64,000 nt of DNA, from the NCBI GenBank assembly GCA_963422735.1, contig OY730476.1, forward strand, positions 1,312,001 to 1,376,000, read 5' to 3'. Positions within the stretch are counted from its first letter, which is position 1; each line of letters starts with the position of its first letter. This stretch comes from Candidatus Latescibacterota bacterium (GTDB lineage Bacteria > Latescibacterota > UBA2968 > UBA8231). The notes beneath the pieces were generated by a model. It saw only the letters and a program-made list of their open reading frames with translations. It had not been told where the DNA came from and made no database searches. Shown piece after piece: positions 18,802 through 28,157 of the stretch. A program made the position numbers and the translations under genes.

Positions 18802-19929
18802 ATGAGCAAATACGACTTTGGCAGTGGACGCACGGATCCCGGCTCGTTTCCCACAAAGGCGCTGGCCGAGGCCGCTAGCACAGCCGTGCGCGAGCTAGGC
18901 GCGGATCTGGTGCGCTATCCCGGTGATATGGGTCACCAGGGCTTGCGCGAGGTCATGGCCGTGCGCGAGTCGCGGCGCGAGGGCGTGGACGTGCCTGCCG
19001 ACCACATCGCGCTGATGAACGGCTCCATGCAGGCAGTTACGCTGATAGCCGAGGCACTGATGGAAGGTCCGGGGGACGTGATCGTCACCGAGGAACTGAC
19101 GTATTCTGGGACGATTGCTGCGTACAAGCGGTTGGGGGCCGAGCTGGTCGGGGTGCCGCTCGACGAGCAGGGCATGCGCGTCGATGCGCTGGCCGACATG
19201 TTGGCGGATTTGCGCCGCAAGGGCACTCGGCCGCGCTTCATTTATACCTTGGCGACCTACCAGAACCCCACCGGCTCGGTCATGCCACGGCAGCGCCGCC
19301 TCGAACTAATCGAAGTGGCTCGCTACTACGAGACCATCGTGGTGGAAGACAACTGCTACGGCGATGTGCATTTTGAGGGGCCGCAAGAGCCGGCGCTCTA
19401 CGCGCTCGACGACAGCCCCAACGTCCTGTACATCGGCTCGCTGTCCAAAATTTTGGGACCCGGGGTGCGGTTGGGCTATTTGTTGGCCCGGCCGCCCATG
19501 CTGGAGCGGATCCTCGACCGCCGCTACGACGGGGGTAACAGCTTGCTGGTGGCCGCTAGCTGTGCGGCCCTGTTCCGCGACCGGCTGTGGCAGCACTTGG
19601 CCGAGACCAACGCCATCCTCAAGGAAAAGCGCGATGCCGTCTTCGCCGGTCTCGAAGAGAGTGCGGGCAATTTATGCACGTGGTCGCGGCCCGTGGGCGG
19701 CATGTTCATCTGGATCGAGTTCCCCGAAGAGGTGGATCGCTTGAGCCTCATGGCCCTGTGCGCCGAGCGCGGTATTGTGGTGGCGCGGGGGCAGGGCTTC
19801 CACATCCGGCGCGAGGATGTGCCGGCCATACGCCTCGCCTTTGGCTTTGCCTCGCTGGAGGCCATCCGCGAGGGCGTGCCGCTGTTGGCCGAGTGCATCC
19901 ACAAGGCGCGGGTCCCCGTGATGGCCTGA
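18802..19929 (+). CDS. PLP-dependent class I/II aminotransferase (LysN/ARO8-like)
   Basis: YQNPTG, VEDNCYG, SLSKILGPGVRLG, GGMFIW. Confidence 0.9.
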   Translation: MSKYDFGSGRTDPGSFPTKALAEAASTAVRELGADLVRYPGDMGHQGLREVMAVRESRREGVDVPADHIALMNGSMQAVTLIAEALMEGPGDVIVTEELTYSGTIAAYKRLGAELVGVPLDEQGMRVDALADMLADLRRKGTRPRFIYTLATYQNPTGSVMPRQRRLELIEVARYYETIVVEDNCYGDVHFEGPQEPALYALDDSPNVLYIGSLSKILGPGVRLGYLLARPPMLERILDRRYDGGNSLLVAASCAALFRDRLWQHLAETNAILKEKRDAVFAGLEESAGNLCTWSRPVGGMFIWIEFPEEVDRLSLMALCAERGIVVARGQGFHIRREDVPAIRLAFGFASLEAIREGVPLLAECIHKARVPVMA

Positions 19930-21881
19930 TGGACCTGCCCGAAATAGCCTTGGTGCAGATGGAGGTCAAGCCCGGGCGACCCGACCTGAACGCGGAACGG
20001 ATCCTAGCCTTTATCGAGCAGGCGCGGGCAGCCGGCGCTGAGGTCGTGGTATTTTCCGAACTGTGCATCAGCGGCTATATCCTCGGCGACTTGTGGGAGA
20101 TGGACGCTTATGTCGAGGATTTTGCCGCGTACAGCGACGAGATTTGCCGGGCTAGCACCGGGTTGACCGTGGTTTTTGGCAACGTGGCGGTGGACCTAAT
20201 CCACAAGGGCCAAGATGGACGGCGGCGCAAGTACAATGCCGTCTATGTATGCTCCAACGGCGAATACGCGGTGCGCGAAGCCGTACCCACCGGGCTGCCC
20301 TGCGGCGTCCAGCCCAAGACCCTGCATCCCAACTATCGCTTCTTTGACGACGACCGGCACTTTTTCTCGCTGCGCCACCTAGCCGAGGCCGAGGGCCGGC
20401 CGCTGGAGGACTGGCTGCACCCGTACAGGGTCCGGCTCCAAGATGGGCGGCTTTTTGACTTTGGTGTGCAACTGTGCGAGGACATCTGGTGCGAGGACTA
20501 CTGCCGCAGTGGCCAGCCTCTCGACACGCTCGCGCTATATCGCCGCCGCGGCGCTGAAGCCGTATTCAATCTCTCGGCTTCGCCCTTTACTTGGCAGAAA
20601 AGCGACAAGCGCAACCGCGTGATACGCCAGATACTGGCGCGCTCACCCCTGCCCTTCTTCTACGTCAACCAAGTCGGGGCGCAAAACAACGGCAAGAACA
20701 TCGTGGTGTTTGACGGCGACAGCACCGCGTACGCGGCTACTGGGCACATTGCATGCCGCGCTCGTCCCTGGCGGGAACAACTCGTGCTCACCGGCCGCGC
20801 CGAGGTCGCGCCGCCCCAGAGTGAGATCGCAGCCCAGTACGCGGGCATCCTCACCGGGCTGCGGCACTTGGACGATGTGCGCGGCGCAGAAAGCAAGTTC
20901 CTCATTGCGACGAGCGGCGGCGTGGATTCCAGCGTGGTTTGCTGTTTGCTGGAGCGCACCTTTGGCCCAGAGCGCGTGTTTGCGGTCAACATGCCGACGC
21001 GCTTCAACGCCGCCGTTACCCAAGACAACGCCCGCTCGCTGTGCGCCGCATTAGGTGTTGATTACCTTTGCTGCCCGATCGAATCGCTGTACGAGGCCGT
21101 AGCCTCCTTCGTGCAGGGTGCGGAATTCTCCGTGGGCCGGGGCGAGTACACTCGGTTGGTGGATGAGAACGTGCAGGCGCGCATCCGCTTTGCCGATGTG
21201 CTCTCTGGTTTAGCGGCCAAATACGGACTCGTGTTCACGTCCAACGGCAACAAGACCGAGGTCGCTTTGGGTTACGCCACGCTCTACGGGGATGTCAGCG
21301 GCGCGGTGGCCCCGATTGCCGACCTGTACAAGGTGCAGGTCTTCGCGTTGGCACGCTTTCTCAACGAGGAGGTCTATGGCCGCACCGTGGTGCCGGAGAA
21401 TCTGCTCGATGGCTCGGTGGTGCCCAGTGCCGAGCTGTCTGAGGCCCAAGACGTGACGCAGGGCTTGGGCGACCCGATCAAGTACGGATACCACGACGCC
21501 GTGCTGCGACAGTTCATCGAATACCGGCGGCACAGCAGCGATTTGTTGCAGTGGTTTATAGACGGCGTGCTGCTCAAGCGGTTGGGGTGGGACGACGCGG
21601 CGCGCTTTCGCGCATACTTCCCGAACGCGCGAAGTTGGATCGAAGACCTCGAATGGGTGGAACGCCAGGTGCGGATCAACTACTTCAAGCGGATTCAAGC
21701 GCCGCCAGTCATCGTCTTGAGCAAGCGCGCCTTTGGCTTTGATTTGCGCGAGACCCAACAGCCCCCCTATGCGCCGCGCCGCTGCGATCAGCTAAAGGCC
21801 GAGGCGGTGAATCAGTGGTCAGTGGTCAGTGGTCAGTGGCCAGTGGCCAGTGGTCAGTGGCCAGTGGTCAGTGGTCAGTAA
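19929..21881 (+). CDS. nadE: Glutamine-dependent NAD+ synthetase
   Basis: Nitrilase domain E/K/C (FSEL, PKTLHPNY, LCEDIW) plus SGGVDS, ENVQARIR, NKTE, PSAEL; ATG overlaps the upstream TGA. Confidence 0.95.
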   Translation: MDLPEIALVQMEVKPGRPDLNAERILAFIEQARAAGAEVVVFSELCISGYILGDLWEMDAYVEDFAAYSDEICRASTGLTVVFGNVAVDLIHKGQDGRRRKYNAVYVCSNGEYAVREAVPTGLPCGVQPKTLHPNYRFFDDDRHFFSLRHLAEAEGRPLEDWLHPYRVRLQDGRLFDFGVQLCEDIWCEDYCRSGQPLDTLALYRRRGAEAVFNLSASPFTWQKSDKRNRVIRQILARSPLPFFYVNQVGAQNNGKNIVVFDGDSTAYAATGHIACRARPWREQLVLTGRAEVAPPQSEIAAQYAGILTGLRHLDDVRGAESKFLIATSGGVDSSVVCCLLERTFGPERVFAVNMPTRFNAAVTQDNARSLCAALGVDYLCCPIESLYEAVASFVQGAEFSVGRGEYTRLVDENVQARIRFADVLSGLAAKYGLVFTSNGNKTEVALGYATLYGDVSGAVAPIADLYKVQVFALARFLNEEVYGRTVVPENLLDGSVVPSAELSEAQDVTQGLGDPIKYGYHDAVLRQFIEYRRHSSDLLQWFIDGVLLKRLGWDDAARFRAYFPNARSWIEDLEWVERQVRINYFKRIQAPPVIVLSKRAFGFDLRETQQPPYAPRRCDQLKAEAVNQWSVVSGQWPVASGQWPVVSGQ

Positions 21882-21952
21882 CCGGCCCCCACCCCGCACA
21901 CCCGCATAATGGAAAAGGTCGGGTGAGGCACTGACCACCGGCCACTAACCAC
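21813..21952. repeat. Heptamer tandem repeat (CAGTGGY)x9 with downstream inverted copies
   Basis: Nine units at 21813-21875 then CAGTAA; inverted CACTGACCACCGGCCACTAACCAC at 21929-21952. Confidence 0.92.
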
Positions 21953-21963
21953 AGGAGATTATT

Positions 21964-23571
21964 ATGACCGACCCGATCCTGCTCACCGACGAGCAGATGC
22001 GCGAGTTTATCGTCAATGGCTATCTGGTCTTTGAGCCGACTGTACCCGAGGGGACGCACGAAGCGTGCTATGAGCGGCTCAACCAAATCATCGACTCGGA
22101 GCTAAATCCGGGTAACAACATTCTGCCGCGCGTACCCGCCATGCGCCACGTGCTCAACTCGCCCGAAGTGCGCGGCGCACTCATCAGCGTTTTAGGCCCC
22201 AATTACTTGGAGCATCCACACCGCTACTGCCATCCCCTCAAGCCGGTGGAGGAAGCCGTGCCCTCGGCCGAGGCCGAGGAAAGGCTGCGCCGCAACTGCC
22301 ATCAGGATGGGTACACGCCTATGGGCCATCCGCGCCAGCACTATTTGCGCTATGCGCGAATTATGTACTACCCGCAGGATTCGCCAGTCGAATTGGGGCC
22401 GACGCACGTGATCCCGGGTACGCAGTTTAACCGGGGACTGACCGACGAGGACCGGGCGCGCGCCTTGCCATTGGCCGGCCGGGCCGGCACGGTGTCTCTG
22501 ACGCACTTCGACGTGGGCCACGCGGCCGGCGTCAGTCTGCTACCGATGCATCGTCACATGATCAAGTTTATCTACATGCGGGCCTCTGAACCGACGGCAC
22601 CCACTTGGGACTGCAAAAGCACACATTGGCAAAAGCCCCAGCTCATTGAGTCCCCCTACGATCTGGAACTGGCTTGGGCGCATACTTGGGACTGGCTCTG
22701 CGGCAAGCGGGATCGCTACGCTAGCTGGCCAAAGGCCGCCGGAGACGTGGCGGCACTCATCGCCCAGATCGATCCAGACGTGGACTTAGCGCAGCGGCTT
22801 GCGGCGGCTCAGCAATTGGCCGGCTGCGGCGTCGATGCGGCCGAAGCTGTGCCAACGCTCGTCGAGTGCTTGGGCACCGATCACCAAGCCATGCGCACGG
22901 CAGCGACCTACGCGCTGGGCGCAATCGGAGCACCAGCGGTCGAGCCGCTGGCCCAAGCCTTGCGCGCAGCGGGTCGCGAGGCCGATCGACACGAGGCTCC
23001 GCCCGCTTGGAACGAAGGGGCGACTAACATGGAAGACGCAGCGCAGGCTCTGGCGGCCGTTGGCGAACCCTCGGTCGAAGCGCTCTGTGCGCTGTTGGCC
23101 GACGAAAGCGAGTGGACTCAAGTCAACGCCGCCTTTGCCCTCGGCGAGATGGATTCGCACGCGGTGGCCGCGGTCGAGGCACTGACGCGGAGCCTTGAAG
23201 AGGGTTCGCATCGCTTGGTGCGCACAGCCCTCGTCGCGCTGGGCAATATCGCGCAAGGCGTACCAGTAGAAGCTTTGGGGCGAATGCTCTCGGCTGATCA
23301 CCCCACTTGGTACAAGGAGGAGAGCCGCTGCTGGGTGCCCCGAGACCAAGTGCGAACCAACGCCGCAATAGCCTGTGCTCAGCTCGGCCAAGCCACGGCT
23401 CCGTTAGAAGCTCAGCTCTTCAGAGCACTCGACGATCCCTGTGGTCACGTGGGCGCGTTCGCGCTCAGTGCCCTGCAACAGATTGGCTCGCCCACAGCTA
23501 CGCAGGCCGCGATGGATTACCTGTACTCGCAGCGCTGGGATGCCGCCATCGACGGCGAGCGGCAGTTTTGA
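21964..23571 (+). CDS. PhyH-family dioxygenase fused to HEAT/PBS-lyase repeats
   Basis: HQD, GPTHVIPGT, FDVGH in the N-terminal half; repeated AAxALG helices in the C-terminal half; AGGAGA RBS. Confidence 0.82.
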   Translation: MTDPILLTDEQMREFIVNGYLVFEPTVPEGTHEACYERLNQIIDSELNPGNNILPRVPAMRHVLNSPEVRGALISVLGPNYLEHPHRYCHPLKPVEEAVPSAEAEERLRRNCHQDGYTPMGHPRQHYLRYARIMYYPQDSPVELGPTHVIPGTQFNRGLTDEDRARALPLAGRAGTVSLTHFDVGHAAGVSLLPMHRHMIKFIYMRASEPTAPTWDCKSTHWQKPQLIESPYDLELAWAHTWDWLCGKRDRYASWPKAAGDVAALIAQIDPDVDLAQRLAAAQQLAGCGVDAAEAVPTLVECLGTDHQAMRTAATYALGAIGAPAVEPLAQALRAAGREADRHEAPPAWNEGATNMEDAAQALAAVGEPSVEALCALLADESEWTQVNAAFALGEMDSHAVAAVEALTRSLEEGSHRLVRTALVALGNIAQGVPVEALGRMLSADHPTWYKEESRCWVPRDQVRTNAAIACAQLGQATAPLEAQLFRALDDPCGHVGAFALSALQQIGSPTATQAAMDYLYSQRWDAAIDGERQF

Positions 23572-23599
23572 GGGGATTCTAATATAGCGAAGGTACCGC

Positions 23600-24178
23600 T
23601 CAGGGTGCCTTGCGCACGCCTTGGAGGAAGATCCGCATGATGGTATCGACCATCGCCTCGACGCTCATGCCCTTTGCGTGGATCATCACCGAGCGCACCA
23701 TACCGCGGAGGATAGCGGCTTCGACCTGCGGGTGCTCGACGGAGAAGACGCCCTGTTCAGCACCGTTTTGCAGGACCTCCTCGATCGCTGCGCGCTGGAT
23801 GCCCCGTTCCTCGCGCCAGCGCTTGCGGTTTTCGCCCTTGCCGTCCTCGCTCTTGCCGTCTTCGTGCCACATCAGGCGGAAGAAGAAGCGGTTCTGGTTG
23901 AAGAAGGAGACGATGGCGTGGACCATCCGGCGCAGTTCCTCTTCGGGGTCCTGCTGGCGATTGGCCTTGCGCTGGAGTTGCTCGTTGAGCCGCCGGATGC
24001 CTTCAAAAACCACCGCAAAGTACAGCTCTTCCTTGTCGGCAAAGTACGTGTAGATCGTCCCCTTGCCGACGCCAGCTTGGTGGGCAATGTCGTCCATGAG
24101 CACTTCGTCGAAGCGCTTGGCCGAGAAAAGACGAGCCGCCTTTTCGAGGATGTGCTTTCTGCGGTCTATTCTGGCCAT
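23600..24178 (-). CDS. TetR/AcrR family transcriptional regulator
   Basis: ILEKAARLF...MDDIAHQAGVGKGTIYTYFADKEEL; ATG at 24178. Confidence 0.95.
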   Translation of the reverse strand: MARIDRRKHILEKAARLFSAKRFDEVLMDDIAHQAGVGKGTIYTYFADKEELYFAVVFEGIRRLNEQLQRKANRQQDPEEELRRMVHAIVSFFNQNRFFFRLMWHEDGKSEDGKGENRKRWREERGIQRAAIEEVLQNGAEQGVFSVEHPQVEAAILRGMVRSVMIHAKGMSVEAMVDTIMRIFLQGVRKAP

Positions 24179-24189
24179 GGTATGAAATT

Positions 24190-24417
24190 TTACGCTGCAT
24201 CCACGGCAGCGTACACCTTGCCTTTTTGGGTCAACCAAGCCACATCTTCCCGTTCGGCGTGCTCCTTGACCTCCCGCAGGAGTTGAATCGTTTCAGATTC
24301 ATAGCACGGCTCGCTTGAGTCATCGGCTGGGACGACCATCTCGACCTCTACCGCAACCACAAACTTGTCCGTCTGAATCAGTCGCGTTCGCTTGATTCGC
24401 TGTCCGAGAATACGCAC
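24190..24417 (-). CDS. Small hypothetical protein, putative partner of a DUF4258 protein
   Basis: GGAGG RBS and GTG start; 75 aa, directly downstream of a DUF4258-like gene. Confidence 0.65.
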   Translation of the reverse strand: MRILGQRIKRTRLIQTDKFVVAVEVEMVVPADDSSEPCYESETIQLLREVKEHAEREDVAWLTQKGKVYAAVDAA

Positions 24418-24420
24418 GAT

Positions 24421-24695
24421 CTAACCTCCATTAAAAAAATGCACGAGACACCCGTTTGACGCAGATGAGACCGAGCGGCTTTGCACTCCGTACCGTCGGG
24501 CAATGATTCGCGCACTTCGACAGCCGGGTTGGGCATCGCGTCTGGCCGCTCGGTGATCAATTCGCCGTCCTCCACCCCTGCGACCACCTGCCACTCCGTG
24601 GTACCGAGATCTTCCAAGCACTCGGAGGCGTGTTGACCGACGATATAACATTCCTCGGCAACTGGCCGCCGAGGAACGTTAAAGAGTGGTCCCAT
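24421..24695 (-). pseudogene. DUF4258-like putative toxin, frameshifted near the C-terminus
   Basis: Y.VGQHASE.L...EWQVVAG; the terminal LVHFF lies in another frame. Confidence 0.55.
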
Positions 24696-24716
24696 CGGCT
24701 CCTACACCCCCAAGAC

Positions 24717-25349
24717 TTATTCTTCAAGAAACACATACCGTTCCAGTCTCGCTAGTTCGTCGTCATTGACGTATTTGCCGATTTCTCGTCGCCATTGGGC
24801 CATGCTCTTGTAGGGACGGTATTCTTCAAACTCGTGCGCCATCCGCTTGCCAACCCCCGGGATTGTGAGGAAATCCGCCTCGCTGGCACTGTTGAGTTCG
24901 AGTGGCACGAAGACGTATTGCTCCAGCCGCGCTAGTTCGTTGTCATCGGCGTATTTGCCGATTTCTCGTCGCCATTGGGCCATGCTCTTATAGGGACGGT
25001 ATTCTTCAAACTCGTGCGCCATCCGCTTGCCAACCCCCGGCACCAGTTTCATTTTGGCGTCGCTGGCGGTATTGAGGTTGATCGGCAGGAAGAGCTTGAC
25101 ATACAGTTCAGCTTGGACCGAGTCCGCTAGGGTCGAATCCAAATAGGCGTCGAACGCTTCCATACCGATAAAAGGTCGCCGCGCCATGATCCGATCGACC
25201 AATGCCGAATCGAGTTGCGCTAGGGCCAATAGCTGTTCGACGCCGGCCCGGTTGGGGTTGAGGACCGTTTCGTTTTTACCTACCTGCCCTTGGGCACTGC
25301 TGCCGTAAAGGCCGACGGCTAAGATCGCGGCTAAAATGACTCGCTGCAT
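24717..25349 (-). CDS. Secreted helix-hairpin-helix repeat protein (ComEA-like HhH)
   Basis: Signal peptide; LNTAS/LNSAS...PGVGKRMAHEFEEYRPY twice, plus a divergent first unit. Confidence 0.8.
   Translation of the reverse strand: MQRVILAAILAVGLYGSSAQGQVGKNETVLNPNRAGVEQLLALAQLDSALVDRIMARRPFIGMEAFDAYLDSTLADSVQAELYVKLFLPINLNTASDAKMKLVPGVGKRMAHEFEEYRPYKSMAQWRREIGKYADDNELARLEQYVFVPLELNSASEADFLTIPGVGKRMAHEFEEYRPYKSMAQWRREIGKYVNDDELARLERYVFLEE
24751..25040. repeat. 180-bp-period internal duplication in the HhH gene
   Basis: 24771-24860 and 24951-25040 differ at one base (24810 versus 24990). Confidence 0.93.
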
Positions 25350-25352
25350 GGC

Positions 25353-25814
25353 TTAATCCTCCTCGATTGTTTTCCGGCTCAGCACCGGATGTTGGTGCGT
25401 GTAAAGGAACCCGACCAATCCCAACTGGACCAGCGCTCCAGGTGCCAATGCCGGCATAGCACCGCTCAATGCCTTAGACAGCAGTTTTAACCCAGTCAGC
25501 GTTGGGTACATCTCCAATTCAAATTCCATATTGGCACTAAGATGCAACCAAAGGCCGACCATGCCGCCTAAGACGAAAGCCAGCATAGTCAAGCGAAACA
25601 GGCGCAGGATGACCGCGCCTCGGTAGAGCGTCCACGCTGCCAATAAGACCAATCCGAACCCCAACAACGCCAAGGGCACCTGTTGGCGCCATTCTTCAAA
25701 ATGTCCTAACAGCAGTAGCTCGCTACCTAGCCCCACAGATCCTAGGACAAAAATCAGCAGGACACCCCGCCGCAAGGAAATGGCCCCACGGTCTTTTTTA
25801 TTGTCGAACGTCAT
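25353..25814 (-). CDS. Four-TM hypothetical membrane protein
   Basis: Four hydrophobic segments; ELLLLGH, H...N.EFELEM.P and PALAPG motifs. Confidence 0.75.
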   Translation of the reverse strand: MTFDNKKDRGAISLRRGVLLIFVLGSVGLGSELLLLGHFEEWRQQVPLALLGFGLVLLAAWTLYRGAVILRLFRLTMLAFVLGGMVGLWLHLSANMEFELEMYPTLTGLKLLSKALSGAMPALAPGALVQLGLVGFLYTHQHPVLSRKTIEED

Positions 25815-25955
25815 GGATTTCCAAGCACCGCCCGCGACTGATCACATTTTCCAATTGGGCGCCGATAAATACTGGAATGGTCCAGCCTGTAGATGGGACC
25901 GTCAGAGCGATTTTGCACGGGGCGGCGATAGAATATCTCTTGTGTACATGTTAAT

Positions 25956-26855
25956 TTACTCAGCGTTCAACGTTTCGTTGAAGAAACGGATGGTGCGCTC
26001 CCAAGCCAGTTTGGCGGCCTCTTCGTCATAGCGGGGCGTGGTGTCGTTGTGGAAGCCGTGGTTGACGCTTGGATACATCTGCATCGCATAGTCGATGTCA
26101 GCTTCTTTTAGCGCGGCTTCGTACGCCGGCCAACCGACGTTGATTCTCTCATCTAGTTCGGCATAGTGAATCAGCAGCCGCGCCTTGATCTTGGGGACAC
26201 CTTCAGCCGCTGGTTGTCGGCCGTAAAAGGGCACGGCCGCCGAGATTATATCTGGTATCCGCACGGCCAGCGCATTGGACATGCCACCGCCAAAGCAGAA
26301 ACCGACGACGCCTACTTTGCCGCTACAGGCAGGATGCGTTTTGAGGTATTGGGCAGCCGCAATAAAGTCTTGCGTCATTTTCTCCCGGTCGAGTTGTCTT
26401 TGCAATGCTCGCCCTTCGTCGTCAGAGCCTGGATAGCCACCCAGTGGTGCCAGCGCGTCTGGTGCCAGCGCCAGAAAACCGGCCATAGCCACGCGGCGTG
26501 CGACATCTTCGATATAGGGGTTTAGCCCTCTATTTTCGTGGATGACGAGGACGCCTGGTATTTTGCTTTCCTCGGCAGCCGCGGGCCGTACGAGGATTGC
26601 TCGCGTCTTTTCGTGTCCCTGCGGCGAAAGATACGACACGTACTCGGTGGCAACGCGTTCATCATCTGCGGCCACTTGCTGAGCAAAGGCGTAGTTGGGA
26701 CTGAGGCTGTCCAGCAGCGCGGCAGCAGTCAGGCCGCCGATGGCAAAGCGGGCCGCATCGTCGAGAAACTGGCGGCGGTCCATGTCGCCGTGGACATAGC
26801 GATCGTACAAGTTGAGCAGTTGCGGATCGAATTCAACTGCGGTTTTCCGTTCCAT
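25956..26855 (-). CDS. YghX-like dienelactone hydrolase family protein with Tat-like leader
   Basis: [43 protein letters not shown]. Confidence 0.93.
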   Translation of the reverse strand: MERKTAVEFDPQLLNLYDRYVHGDMDRRQFLDDAARFAIGGLTAAALLDSLSPNYAFAQQVAADDERVATEYVSYLSPQGHEKTRAILVRPAAAEESKIPGVLVIHENRGLNPYIEDVARRVAMAGFLALAPDALAPLGGYPGSDDEGRALQRQLDREKMTQDFIAAAQYLKTHPACSGKVGVVGFCFGGGMSNALAVRIPDIISAAVPFYGRQPAAEGVPKIKARLLIHYAELDERINVGWPAYEAALKEADIDYAMQMYPSVNHGFHNDTTPRYDEEAAKLAWERTIRFFNETLNAE

Positions 26856-26888
26856 AATTATCCCCTAGCTAATGGATAGATATGTGAT

Positions 26889-27325
26889 TCACAAGGTCAG
26901 TCGCGCCTTATTCCATTGTAAAAAGCGGCGGCGCACCTCCGCGACCATTTCTGCTGAGAAAGCGCGACAGTTTTGCTCGCGGTTCTCGTCGTGCAGCGCA
27001 TAGTCTAGCAAGCCCTTTTGTGGGTCGTAAATGAGGCGGTGTTCTTCTTTTCCATCGCTATAATAGATCTTGTTGATGATGCGGCATGTGGTCGTATCCT
27101 CGACGCGCCGCCGAGGGGGATTGCCGCCCTCGAGATAAATGAAAACGAGCAGGCTAATGGCGCGGAACTGCACTTCGGGTACTTGGTTGATTTCGACAAT
27201 CTAGTGGTAGAGCTTATTGAAGTCATCGGCGTGGATATTACTGACTAGAGTGTGCCCGGCTTTGCCTAAGGCAAAAAAAGTGTGCAAGTCGTCACCCCAC
27301 AGATAGGTCGGGATGATGTTAATAA
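26889..27325 (-). pseudogene. C-terminal remnant of a putative secretion-type (VirB11/CpaF-like) ATPase
   Basis: YLWG...FF..GHTL.SNIHAD...VP...RRV read across an in-frame TAG at 27201-27203; 5' end cut by a MITE. Confidence 0.4.
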
Positions 27326-27524
27326 CTGGCGTTACGCAGCGGTTTGTCGCGGACGAACCCGTCCATGCGAGCGGTCCCCCGCTGGCTTCCTGCTTCCGCA
27401 GGAATATCCGTTGGGGGCCCGCCATTGCCGCACAGGCGGGCTTCACCGCACCTTTAGGCGTGACATATAGCAGGGGGGAGGCGAGGCGAAACCACGCAGG
27501 GTGCGGCAAACTGCGTAACATCTG
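27326..27524. mobile_element. MITE, 199 bp, same TIR family as 6484-6769
   Basis: CTGGCGTTACGCAG / CTGCGTAACATCTG termini; shares GCGGGCTTCACCGC (27436-27449 versus 6642-6655) and flanks. Confidence 0.72.
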
Positions 27525-27640
27525 TTAGTGCGTTACGCACAGGCTTCTTAGGTATCAGATGCGGAGCGGGCGGCTCGCGTCTAGCACAGGCTCTGACGAT
27601 GCGATTAGTGAGCCGGTATATTCGCTATTGTCCGTAGCCT

Positions 27641-28153
27641 TCATAGCATTTCCTCGACCAAGACCCTACTCGTCGGTTCCAAGATCTGGTAATCGGGAAT
27701 CTCGTAACGGTTGCCGTCGGCGTCTTGTACCAGTATCCGGCCATTGCCCAAATGGCGCACGTCGCGGCGACTGGAATAGATTTCAAAGAAGCGGGGTCCC
27801 CGGTCGGTCTCTACCTCCCAGCGCGGCACTCGGTTGGTCGTTGTCACCTTGACGATGCGCTGGATACGCGGGGTGAAATAGGCCCGCTCCAACTCGTCTT
27901 CCACAGCTTGGCGGCTGGCCTGGTCTAGCGCGTCGAGCCGGGCCAGCGAGCCAATCTCCTTGTCCTCGCAGTCTTGGACGACGATAAAGCGGTCGTCGCA
28001 GGTCAGTGGAAAAGCCCGTTTGACCCGGACCCTTGCATAGGTTCGATCCCCGGCTAACTCCAAGTTCAAGTCCTCGAAAGCATCGACGAAAAACCGCGCT
28101 TTGCCCGGGTCGAGATAGGTCACTTCAGCGGCTAAGTTATGGCACTGCTGCAT
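27641..28153 (-). CDS. DUF1854 domain protein
   Basis: RAFPLT, EIG, EL..AYFTPRI, WEVETDRG, DADGNRYEIPD; follows the cognate ABC transporter. Confidence 0.88.
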   Translation of the reverse strand: MQQCHNLAAEVTYLDPGKARFFVDAFEDLNLELAGDRTYARVRVKRAFPLTCDDRFIVVQDCEDKEIGSLARLDALDQASRQAVEDELERAYFTPRIQRIVKVTTTNRVPRWEVETDRGPRFFEIYSSRRDVRHLGNGRILVQDADGNRYEIPDYQILEPTSRVLVEEML

Positions 28154-28157
28154 GATT

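Noticed and set aside
19587-19928. 114-aa N-terminal extension of NadE
   Set aside because: Overlaps the aminotransferase in another frame; the nitrilase domain begins at ATG 19929
21813-21881. CRISPR array
   Set aside because: 7-bp tandem units without spacers; no cas genes
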